NCBI RefSeq assembly: GCF_963921235.1
Contig: NC_086097.1
Location: 236,718,001-236,782,000 of the forward strand
Direction of reading: 5' to 3'
Source of the DNA: Mobula hypostoma
Lineage: Eukaryota
Length of the DNA: 64,000 nt
Positions 50,911 through 61,699 of this stretch are shown here, in pieces. The translations under genes were made by a program, and so were the position numbers. Under the pieces are notes generated by a model. It was not told where the DNA came from and ran no database searches. It saw only the letters and a program-made list of their open reading frames with translations. How positions within the stretch are numbered: the stretch's first letter is position 1; every line of letters begins with the position of its first letter.

Positions 50911-52435
50911 CAGTGGCCACTTTATTAGGTACATACCTTCCGTTCCTAATAAAGTGACCACTGAGTGTAGGTTCATGGTCTCATGCTGCTCTAGCCCTGC
51001 CACTGCAAGGTTCGGGATGTTGTGCATTCAATGATGCTCTTCTGCGCATCACTATTGTAATGTGAGCATATCTGAGTTACTGTTGCCTTCCTGCCAACTT
51101 AACTTCACCATGGAGGGTTGGGCATGGGGCTAGCAAACCCATCCCATAAAAACCCATGCTACAGAAATACCAGCAGAAACTCCAACCTCATCCCCGGGAG
51201 AGGAAAGATACACCAAGAAGATGGACTATGCCCGGGAACAATTTGAAAGAAAGGACAGAGAACTCTGTCGAGCTGATATTGGTGGCTTATGCCCTAGTAG
51301 GGGTGATGGGCTTAAATAGGTAAGTCCTGTCATCGTGAACCAGCCTGGCCATTCTTCTCTGACCTCTCCCATTGACAAGGCATTTTCACCCACAGAATTG
51401 TCACTCACTGGATTTTTTTTTTGCACCATTTTTTTCACATTGTTAATCTATTCAATATACGTATACTGTAATCGATTTACTTATTTATTTATTACTTTTT
51501 AATTTTATTTATTTTTTCTCTTCTATATTATGTATTGCATTGAACTGCTGCTGCTAAGTTAACAAATTTCACATCGCATGCCGGTGATAATAAACCTGAT
51601 TCTGATTCTGATTCATTCTATGTAAACTCTGGAGACTATTGTACGTGAAAATCCCAGGCAATCAGCAGTTTCTGAGATACTCAAACCACACCATGTAGCA
51701 TCAACAATCAGTCAATGGTTGAAGTCACTAAGATCACATTTCCTACCCATTCTGATGTTTTCTCTGAACAACAACTGAACCTCTTGACCACGTCTGCATG
51801 TTTTATAGAACATAGAACAATACAGCACATTACAGGCCCTTCGGCTCACAATGTTGTGTCGACCCTCAAACCCTGTCTCCCATATAACCCCCCAACTTAA
51901 ATTCCTCCATATACCTGTCTAGTAGTCTCTTAAACTTCACTAGTGTATCTGCCTCCACCACTGACTCAGGCAGTGCATTCCACGCACCAACCACTCTCTG
52001 AGTAAAAAACCTTCCTCTAATATCCCCCTTGAACTTCCCACCCCTTACCTTAAAGCCATGTCCTCTTGTATTGAGCAGTGGTGCCCTGGGGAAGAGGCGC
52101 TGGCTATCCACTCTATCTATTCCTCTTATTATCTTGTACACCTCTATCATGTCTCCTCTCATCCTCCTTCTCTCCAAAGAGTAAAGCCCTAGCTCCCTTA
52201 ACCTCTGATCATAATGCATACTCTCTGAACCAGGCAGCATCCTGGTAAATGTCCTCTGTACCCTTTCCAATGCTTCCACATCCTTCCTATAGTGAGGTGA
52301 CCAGAACTGGACACAGTACTCCAAGCGTGGCCTGACAAGAGTTTTATAGAGCTGCATCATTAATGCACTGAGTTGCTGATTGACCGACTAGATCTTTGCA
52401 TAAAGGAGCAGGTGTACAGATGAACCTAATTAAGT
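50911..52435 (-). mobile_element. Tc1-like non-autonomous element carrying nested insertions (RTE-derived at about 51100-51325, a (TTCTGA)n-tailed fragment at about 51440-51612, and a CR1)
   Basis: Terminus CAGTGGCCACTTTATTAGG; segments are collinear with the reverse complement of 31925-32487. Confidence 0.65.
51806..52361 (-). mobile_element. Young 5'-truncated CR1 3' end
   Basis: ORF 51866-52360 contains RPRLEYCVQFWSP and FFTQRVVGAWNALP; tail (TTCTATG)n. Confidence 0.92.
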
Positions 52436-52649
52436 CCTATTGTAAAGTTAAGAAGTGTTCACTTTGCACTTTTTTTTCAGCAACACTGTTCTTGCGCACA
52501 CCTTTATTGCACATATCAAGCCTTTCCTTGCAGGTTGGTTCCTCATGCTCCATGAAAAGTTCTTGATAGGACAGAGGGCTTTATGTATCTCCAAGCCTGA
52601 GATGGCTCACTGAAGAGATGGTTGGGGATAAGTGGGAGTAAAGCTAAGA

Positions 52650-52962
52650 GTGGCATGGTAGTGTAGCAGTTAGCAGAATCGCTTGGAAGTCAATTCCCGT
52701 TGCTGTCTATAAGGAGCTTGGACGTTTTTTCTGTGACTGCATGGGTTTCCACTGGGTGTTGGGGTTTCCTCCTACATTCCAAACACGTACAGTCAGAGTT
52801 TGTGAGCTATGGGCGTGCTCTGTTGGTGCCAGAAGCATGGAGAGCTCTGTGATCTACCCTAGGACAATCCTCAGACCGATCTCTGAAGCAAAAATGGCGC
52901 ATTTCACTGGATATTTTGATGTTTCAATTTACTTGTGACAAATAAAGCTAATCTTTCTTTCT
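52650..52962 (+). mobile_element. tRNA-derived HE1/V-SINE-like SINE
   Basis: GGCATGGTAGTGTAGC head, central GGGTTTCC..GGGTG..GGTTTCCTCC block and 3' ACAAATAAAGCTAATCTTTC. Confidence 0.7.
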
Positions 52963-54293
52963 TTCATACACCGTGTTGCTGCCATAGGAGATGGCAGCTG
53001 AACACCAACCACTTCTGCGTTTTGGACATGTTGCCTCACTATTTTCAGGATAACTGATTAGACAGCAGTGAAATTTCTAAATGCCCTGAGACATAACGGC
53101 CCCCATGGATTGAAAGCTGATTTGCAAGCTGTAATCGCTTCTCTGCCATTTTGCAATCAGGAGGAGAAAGAGTTGATAGGATAATGACAGATTGCTAACT
53201 AGTGATGTGTCACTGATACCATTGAAGTTGCTACTCAATCTATTAGTGGTTAAGTATTTATGTGAGTGCTAAACCAAACAATTTTCAAACAGTACTTGGC
53301 ATGCAATGATTACTTTTTTACACTTCTATTGTTGGATTCACCTGATTGCAGAAGATCGATTCATTGTCTCTTATATTGTAAATAATCATTTGGTTTTTCT
53401 CTAGTTACCTTATTCATTGTATTTTTATATTAAGCATTTTGACAATGCAGACTTGTTCCAATATAAACCAACTGCAAGAACTAGATGTGTAATCTGATTG
53501 TGGTGGACTACATTTGACCCAAAATTTTCTATTTTTGTGCAACTCGAGTGCCTTTTACTTCATGCTATTTCTCCAGAGTACCATATTTAGCATGTGACAC
53601 CGGCAATCACACAACCCTCCTGTAAACTCGAACCTCGGTGTTACAAACTGCTGAAATAATGGTCTTGATCAATAAGAAATATGGGATGAGCGTCAGTATT
53701 ACCGTGTGACAGTGAGCAAGAAAATGTATTATGTGCCGCAGCCTCAGAATAGAGAGATATCTACTTAGAACAGAGCTGAGGAGGAATTTCTTTAGCCAGA
53801 GAATGGTCCTTCTGTGGAATTCATTGCCTCAGGTGTCCCTGGAGGCCAAGTCATTTGGTATATTTGGGGCAGAGGTTGGTAGATTCTTGAATAGTCAGGG
53901 ATGAAAAGATACAGTGGTAAGGCAGGAGACTGGGGCGGAAAGGGAAAATGGATCAAGCATGATGAAATGGTCAAGCTCTTGATGAGCCAAAAGGCCTAAT
54001 TCTGCTCCAATAACTTAAGGTCTAATGGTGTAAATGTACCCATGTCACTGCATTTCTGTGTTTCAACATTACAAAGGGTTGCATGTTAGTGTAACGTGTA
54101 GTGTAACATTTTTACAGCGCCAGGGACATGAGTTCAATTCCCGGTGCTGTATGTTAGAGTGGATTCTTTTTGGGTAGACGATTTGTTAACACTTAAATGA
54201 CTTTGGCCACCAGACTTCTATTTTAACTGTTTGACAAAGGGCTGTGGATTGAGTCCACCACAATGGGCTTCCTAAAAGGTGTAAATACCAGAT

Positions 54294-56324
54294 TTTCGCC
54301 GATGTGCTTAAGGCTGTATACGGACCCCAGTCCTCCGGCTCCTCACCCCTCCTCAACGCAGATGAGACGCAGCTGCTGACAGAGAAGAAGCAGATTCTGG
54401 ATCGGTGGGCTGAGCACTTTAACAAAGTCCTTAACCACCCTGCCGACATCAACGACGAGGCCATTGCCCACCTGCCCCAGGTAGAGATCAACAAGAACCT
54501 CGACACCCTCCCCACAGTAGATGAAGTCAGGAAGGCAGTGAAGCAACTCTCCTGTGGCAAAGCGCCAGGACCCGATGCAATCCCTGCTGAGGTATACAAA
54601 GCAGGAGGCCCTGTCATGATGCAAAAGCTGACTGTACTCTTCCAGTCCATGTGGAAAAAGGGACAGGTCCCGCAACAGCTGAAAGATGCCAGTATAGTCC
54701 ACATCTACAAGAGGAAAGGCAACCGCCAGTCTTGCGACAACCACCGAGGCATCTCCCTCTTGTCCATTGCAGGGAAGATTCTGGCCCGCGTCCTGCTCAA
54801 CCGCCTTCTCCAACATCTTGAGCAAGGTCTGCTCCCAGAAAGCCAGTGCGGCTTCTGTGCTGAACGTGGGACCGCGGACATGATTTTTGCTGCGCGCCAA
54901 CTCCAGGAAACATGCCAGGAGCAACACAGTGACCTCTTCGTGACCTTTGTCGATCTAACCAAGGCTTTCGATACGGTCAGCAGGGAAGGCTTGTGGAAGA
55001 TCATGGAGAAGTTTGGCTGCCCCAGCAAGTTCATCACAATCGTCCGGCAGTGCCACGATGGTATGATGGTGAAAGTTCTGGATGACGGCGACGAGTCGGA
55101 GGCCTTCCCAGTGACAAATGGCGTCAAACAAGGCTGCATTCTTGCCCCGACTCTGTTCAGTATGGTATTCTCTGCCATGCTGACAGATGCCTTCCATAAC
55201 TACGAAGAAGGAATCCATGTCAGATACAGGACTGACGGCAGGTTGTTCAACCTTAGGCGCCTGCAGGCAGTTACAAAGATGCGAGAGACTGTCATCAGAG
55301 ACTTCTTGTTTGCTGATGACTGCGCACTCAACGCCAGCACAGAGCAGGAGATGCAGCGTGAAATGGACTGCTTCTCACAAGCCTGCGACAACTTCGGTCT
55401 CACTATCAGCACCAAAAAGACCGAAGTTATGTATCAGCCTGCCCCAGGAAAGCCATACCAGGAGCCGCGCGTCACGGTGAGGGGCCAGAACCTCCAGGCA
55501 GTCGACAACTTCACCTACCTGGGCAGCATACTCTCTTGCACAGTGAACATAGACGCTGAGGTCAACAACAGGATTGCCAAAGCCAGCGCCGCCTTTGGGA
55601 GACTCCGTGAGAACGTCTGGGAGCGGAGAGGACTCAGCCTTACCACCAAGCTGAAGGTCTACTGTGCAGTGGTCCTTACCACCCTCCTTTACGCCAGCGA
55701 GACCTGGACTGTCTACAGCAGACACACCAAACAGCTCAACCATTTTCACCTGAGCTGTCTCCGCAGACTCCTCTACATCAAGTGGCAGGACAAAGTCCCC
55801 GACACGGAAATCCTGGAACGAGCTGGGCTCTGCAGCGTCTACACCCTCCTGCTGAAAGCCCAAGCCAGGTGGGCTGGACATGTGGTCAGAATGCCAGACA
55901 GCCGATTGCCTGAGCAGCTGCTGTACGGAGAACTGTGTCAGGGGCAAGCGCTCAGTCGGGGGGGGGGGGCAGAAGAAACGTTACAAAGACTGCCTCAAAG
56001 CGTCCCTCAAAGGCCTGGGTGTCGACATCAACACGTGGGAGACGCTTGCCCTCGACCGTCCAGCTTGGAGCAGCAAGATCACCACAGGAGCCCGTGCAGC
56101 TGAAGTCAGGTGCATCATCGAGGCGCAACGAAAGCGTGCCGTGCGCAAGGCCCGAGCAGCATCCACTGCCACGACAGCACCCACCCACTTGTGTTACACA
56201 TGTGGGCGAGCCTTCAGGGCCCGGATTGGCCTCATCAGTCACCTCCAGACCCACAGCCACCAATCTCCCATTTGACTTTGAAGCCATGGTCATCTTCGAC
56301 TACGAAGGACAAACAACAACAACA
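54294..56324 (+). mobile_element. 5'-truncated RTE-clade (BovB-like) LINE inserted in the 5' LTR
   Basis: ORF 54304-56103 contains RWAEHF, GKAPGPD, RGISLLS, GVKQGC, FADD and RWAGHV, then frameshifts at a G-run (about 55957-55969) into a C2H2-type end (C..C...HLQTH). (CAA)n tail; TSD AAATACCAGAT at 54283-54293 and 56325-56335. Confidence 0.95.
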
Positions 56325-56763
56325 AAATACCAGATGCTTCTGGTGCCTGATGCTGTAGTTTTGAAGGCAGTATCACCTATACATTATAAATATTAATTGT
56401 ATGAATTATCTTCTATGTTAGCACAGGAAATGCCAAATAAATGTATTGTAGACTTAACTTACATTCCTAAAGGCTGTAGATACCAACCCAGACATATTGG
56501 CGTCAGGAGGAAAGGATGGTGTGAGATTTTGTATGTAGCTTCATAGGAAGCATTGTCTATGCATTGTCTGTAACTTTTTAAGTAGCGATTGCCTTTGTGT
56601 TTAGCATATAAATATCGAGCCCACATTTCGCTAGCAGACCTTTCTGCGGAAAGCGTCTCCATCCGTTAGATGCCTGCTGTACCTTGTTGTGTCGAATAAA
56701 GAAGCTGCTTTGTATCTACCAGTGATTCTGTCTCTCCGGTAATTTCATCCATGCTACAACATT

Positions 56764-56781
56764 TGGTGTCAGGAGTGGGAT
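56764..56781 (+). promoter_or_regulatory. Primer-binding site complementary to tRNA-Leu(CAG)
   Basis: TGGTGTCAGGAGTGGGAT lies 2 nt after the LTR end. It is the reverse complement of ATCCCACTCCTGACACCA, the vertebrate tRNA-Leu(CAG) 3' end as recalled from memory. Confidence 0.85.
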
Positions 56782-57137
56782 ACCTTCGTGACCCGTCGTG
56801 TGGCCAGCGTTCCTAGCAGTCTAAGTTGGTGAGTATTTTTCTAAAATAACACTCACACTTGGATCTGTTCGGTCGGTGGTGCACGGGTCACGAGGTAATC
56901 ACGAACGTGGAGAGCTGAACTGGTAGATATAAAAGTAGTGTGTGCCTGTGCATACGTGTTTATGTAAGTGAGGAACCTTTGCATGTTAACTTGGTGAGAG
57001 TTGGACCACCAGTTGTGAAAGGTGGTAACCAACGGTACGGTTCGAGACACCAGCATAGGGGCGTGTATACTCGTTCGGGGAGCTGCATTTTAGTGTATGC
57101 GTGTGCAAGTGTGATGCAAAGGAATACAGTAAGCATC

Positions 57138-58114
57138 ATGAATTTCGGTACTCAAGATTGGCAGATTGTGGAATACATACTCTGCGGTTTTATATTTTGC
57201 GTAGTATGGGTATTAGTATGGAGATATCTCAGGGAGCGGGTTTACCCAGAGAGATCAACCAGAATGGCACCTATTGAAGTCAGGCAACGCCAGGCTGAGA
57301 ACCCTGATGATCCGAGCCAGCCTTTGACATTGATTACGACTATTCATAAGCCTTTCACCCCCGGGGAGAAAGAAAGCATTTTGTCCGAGTTGCCCTCACT
57401 TAAATCGCCTGTGGGAATTCAGAATTCTGGCGCAAACTCGAAGAAATGGTTGAAATTCACCAGATGCACCCTAAAGATATACATGTGTTAGTGAAAGCCA
57501 AGTGCCCGAGGAATATGTGGGACAGGATGGCCCAGAGGGGGTAGGATGGTACATGGGCAACTACCGGGAGTGCCAGTAATGAAGAGAGATATTGCTCTTT
57601 TAAAGGGGAAGTGAGGCAGCGGCTGGGGGGAGGCGAGAGTAGCTGGGGAATGATAATGGCAGTGATTCAAAAGGCTGACGAGACAGCCATGGATTACGCA
57701 GAACGTAAATACTGAGTGTACGAGAAGTATTCCGGGTTGGATAACCCAGGGAGGGATGACCCAGTCTTCCTAAAAATGCTGAAGGAAGGCCTGAGCTCAG
57801 CCCACCAAGAAGTTTTAGATTTAGGCATAACGATAGGGTCCAACTACTCTGAGATAGTTTCGTGGGCCAGTGAGATAGACCATAGAAAAGGCAAGAGAAA
57901 TCGTAAAGTGGGTATAGTGGATGCAGCTGCTGTGATGTCCCAGAGGGCTTGTTTTGCTTGCCAGCAGCCAGAGCACTTTGCAAAGGACTGCCGGACCAGG
58001 TATAAGGCAGTGAAGGAGTTGATATGCTACAGCTGTGTCCAAAATGGAGGGGAAAACCCCAGGCGAAGGTCACGGCAGACACCCAGTCACTCACCCCATC
58101 AGCAACCAGTCTGA
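57138..58114 (+). pseudogene. gag: Disrupted gag with a hydrophobic N-terminus and CCHC zinc knuckle(s)
   Basis: CFACQQPEHFAKDC (CX2CX4HX4C) at 57950-57991; a second partial knuckle CYSC..CPK; frameshifts and stops in between. Confidence 0.8.
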
Positions 58115-59610
58115 CTATCGATCAGATCAAAGAGTTAGTGACAGCGCCTCTTAAGGCAGAAAAGGATGTGGATGTGGCTGAAGACTCACGGATGTACATT
58201 ACGGCATTGTTAGGGGGACGGCAATGCAATATGTTAGTGGACACAGGGGCATCTGTATCGATAACAGACTTGCCCTTACCAACAACTGGACAGGCCAGTT
58301 ATATCAGGGGTGTAGGAGGAAAAACAGTAATAGCAGAAAGAAGCGAGAAGCAGATACTAGAAATCGGGGGAGTACAGCTTCCAGTGTATTACTGGGTATG
58401 TCCAAATAATGAAGGCACGATCTTTGGAATAGACATCCTAAGGGAAGCAGGAGCTGTTATAGATTCAAGAAAAGGAGAAATAATATGGACAAGCCAGGGG
58501 CAGCGAATGCCCACAACCAACAGAATACACGGCCTGGCTAGCATAGGCGCAGCTGCCCCGATCATTAGAGACTGGAGCCAGGATGGTGTCTATGGGTTGC
58601 CTTGTCAGCAGTTCCCAGCACTGTGGGCTAGAGACAAGCAAGATTCTGAGCAGGTGAAGGTAAACCCAGTTAAAATAGAGGAGGGTCTGTATAAACCCCC
58701 TAAGCAGGACCCTATACAAACTGACACACTGACCGCTGCTCAGGGTATAGCGAAGGAACAAAAACACCAGGAGATACTCAGAGAGACTGCGGCCACTCCA
58801 GAACATGAAGTTTCCCCAGTTCCTCCGAGGGCAGACATTACTGCAAATAAGGAAGCAGGGGAACAAGAGACAATTGAAATTGCAAGTGTGCAGGAGGAAA
58901 CGACAGAAGCCAGCTTAGTAAAATGATATGAAGAGGTAGAGGCAGAAGAGAAGGGAAAATGGAGGAGAAAAGGAGCAAAGGAGGGACCAGGTGGGTGCTG
59001 GACACACGGGGATGTTGAGAAATTCTGCCGCCGTTGTATCACTTGTGCCCAGCATAACCCTGGTAAGGGCAGAAAGCTACAGCTGGCAAATCAGCCTCGG
59101 CCGAGGGGACCCTGGGAAAACATCCAGATAGACTTCACAGGGCCCCTGCCAAGAAGCAGAGGGAAAAGTCACTGTCAACTTAAAGTATTAAAGGACCGAG
59201 CGAAACAACAGCAAATCGCTGATCAGAAAGAGCCAGAGGGAAAGGGGATAGTTCTTCCACAGCCTGGTGACCGAGTCATGGTGAGGGTGCTGCCAGAAAG
59301 GCCAGGGTTTGCCCCCAGATGGATAGGACCACAGACGGTACTCTTAACCAATGATACGTGTGTCTGTGTACAGACTCGGTGAGGCAGCCAGTGGAAACAC
59401 TGGACTCAGGTTAAAGCATACGACTCACCCTCTTGTTGCTCCCACAGACGGAGTGGGGAACCAAGTGTACCCAGTAACCATGTAATTACAGAGAACCTCA
59501 GAGAGGAACACCAGCCGGCCATGGCAGACCTGACCACAGCTGATGAAAACTTACCCGGAGAAAACGCAAAGGCAGAAGACACTGAGAACGTGTTGGAAAA
59601 CCACAAATAG
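58024..59610 (+). pseudogene. pol: Aspartic protease plus deleted pol (RT N-terminal stub, integrase N- and C-terminal remnants)
   Basis: LVDTGASVS and IFGIDIL; CRRCITCAQHN..PWENIQIDFTGPLP; PGDRVMV..PRWIGPQTVLL..WKHWTQVK. One reading frame with TGA at 58924 and 59380. Confidence 0.85.
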
Positions 59611-60227
59611 CCTGCTAAAGTGTGATGACGATGGTACTCTGTAAAGAAGGCTGATTGCTGAAGGTAGATGATTAATTTTATAGCATAGTTATTTGGGAAA
59701 TAGACGGGGAGGAATGTTTGAGTTAAAGCAGAGATGGGAAGTTCCACCACTTCGATAGCATTTCAGACTGCACAGGGCATCTGGAAGCAGTCACCCCGAG
59801 TCTGAGGAGCTGAGCCCTTTTCAGCAGTTGAGCCAGTGATCAACGGAACAGTTCGGAAGGGGGTGCCACCGAGGAGAGGTCCTTTCAGACATTTACGTAG
59901 AGGCCACCCCAACCTCTTCCTGTACATCGATGAGAGAGCCCGTGGGCGCTCCTGGAAGGAAAGTGTCAGAGACCAGTGTATAAAGGGCTGAAGACAAAGG
60001 AATGTGATTTAAGATGCAGTCAGCCTGCAGGCACATGAAAGGAGCTGCATTCCTAAAGACTTGGAACAGCCTCTCTGCTTAACATTTGGTAGGTAATGCT
60101 AGGATAGATATCGAGGTACATAAAATTTGGGGGGGAATTCCAAGACAGGGCACTTTTGCTGCCCTATTTGAGCAGATCCTCCTAGGTTGGCCTTTCCTGA
60201 TACAAATTTAATTTGTCCAGGAGGGCC

Positions 60228-60239
60228 AAGAGGAGGGAC
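60228..60239 (+). promoter_or_regulatory. Polypurine tract
   Basis: AAGAGGAGGGAC lies immediately before the 3' LTR. Confidence 0.8.
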
Positions 60240-60803
60240 TGTGGATTCTTTTTGGGTAGATGATTTGTTAACACTTAAATGACTTTGACCACCAGACTTC
60301 TATTTTAACTGTTTGACAAAGGACTGTGGATTGAGTCCACCACAATGGGCTTCCTAAAAGGTGTAAATACCAGATGCTCCTGGTGCCTGATGCTGTAGTT
60401 TTGAAGGCAGTATCACCTATACATTATAAATATTAATTGTATGAATTGTCTTCTATGTTAGCACAGGAAATGCCAAATAAATGTATTGTAGACTTAACTT
60501 ACATTCCTAAAGGCTGTAGAAACCAACCCAGACATGTTGGCGTCAGGAGGAAAGGATGGTGTGAGATTTTGTATGTAGCTTCAATAGGAAGCATTGTCTA
60601 TGCATTGTCTGTAACTTTTTAAGTAGCGATTGCCTTTCTGTTTAGCATATAAATATCGAGCCCACATTTCGCTAGCAGACCTTTCTGCGGAAAGCGTCTC
60701 CATCTGTTAAGATGCCTGCTGTACCTTGTTGTGTCGAATAAAGAAGCTGCTTTGTATCTACCAGTGACTCTGTCTCTCTGGTAATTTCATCCACGCTACA
60801 ACA
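60240..60803 (+). repeat. 3' LTR (564 bp) with a TATA-like TATAAATA and AATAAA
   Basis: Matches 54152-54293 plus 56336-56761 with about 12 substitutions and 3 small indels (counted by eye). Confidence 0.95.
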
Positions 60804-60889
60804 CTGTATGTATGGAGTTTGTAAGTTCTCACCGTGGCAGCGTGAGTTTCCTCTGGATGCTCCAGTCTACTCCCATATTCCAAAGAAAG

Positions 60890-61376
60890 ACACAAGCACA
60901 AGAGATTCTGCAGATACTGAAAACCCAAAGCTATTGACACAAAATGCTGGAAGAACTTAGCATGTCAGGTACACATATGGAAAGGAATAAACAAGCAATA
61001 TTTTGGGCCAAGTCCTTTCATTAGGACTGGAAAGGAAGGGGGAAGAAGCCACAATATGAAAGTGGGGAGGAGGTGAAGGAGGGCAAGCTAGAAAGTGATA
61101 GGTGAAGCCAGGTAGGTGGAAGTGGGGTGGTGGGGGAATGAAGTGGGAAGCTGGGAGATGACAGGTGGAAAATGTAAAGGGTTGAAGAAGAAGGAATCTG
61201 CTGGGAGAGAAGAGTGGACTATGGAAGGAGAAGGCCACCAGGGGGAGGTGATAGGCAAATAAGGAGAAGTGATGAGGAGAGCTAGAGTGAGGAATGGAAG
61301 TAAAGGGAAGGGAGGGGGAGAAAAATTACCAGAAGCTAGAGAAATCAATGTTCATGTCATCAGTTTGGAGGCTGCC
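60890..61376 (-). mobile_element. Old Penelope 3' fragment
   Basis: Reverse complement resembles about 19975-20448 (..SLQTDDMNIDFS.., pyrimidine tract, degenerate terminal repeat). Confidence 0.7.
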
Positions 61377-61488
61377 AAAAAATGACGGATAGATTAGTGG
61401 GATAATTGGGTGGCATGAACACATTGAGCCAGAAGGGCCTGTCAGTGTGTTATATGTCTAAATAATAAAAATAAAAGAAATTCCTTTC

Positions 61489-61583
61489 CTGACGAAGAGT
61501 CTCGGCCTGAAACGTCGACTGCGCCTCTTCCTATAGATGCTGCTTGGCCTGCTGCGTTCACCAGCAACTTTGATGTATGTTGC
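61489..61583 (+). mobile_element. 95-bp Penelope 3'-repeat insertion starting at the hammerhead core, with an 8-bp TSD
   Basis: TTCCTTTC at 61481-61488 and 61584-61591; the insert starts CTGACGAAGAGTCTCGGCCTGAAACGTC. Confidence 0.75.
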
Positions 61584-61699
61584 TTCCTTTCTATAAAACA
61601 GGTTGGATTCACAATTACATGTTTCTGTTAGGAGCACTACCAAACTCTGAACTGTTAATTTTTGCAGCATTCATGGTTTGAGAAAGAGGTTTGAGAATT

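Larger units (their letters stand above)
54152..60803 (+). mobile_element. Non-autonomous LTR retroelement / endogenous retrovirus-like provirus (two LTRs, gag-pro, deleted pol, no recognisable env)
   Basis: 5' LTR 54152-56761 (split by the RTE) and 3' LTR 60240-60803; TG..CA termini; TSD CTGTA at 54147-54151 and 60804-60808. It interrupts a HE1-like SINE. Confidence 0.92.

Noticed and set aside
54186..56396. Multiple long antisense or alternate-frame ORFs over the RTE (also over the CR1, Penelope and 35040-35608 regions)
   Set aside because: These are shadow ORFs of GC-rich TE sequence with no independent motifs.
59611..60227. env or accessory gene between pol and the 3' LTR
   Set aside because: Only about 600 bp, with no sustained ORF, furin site or transmembrane segment visible.
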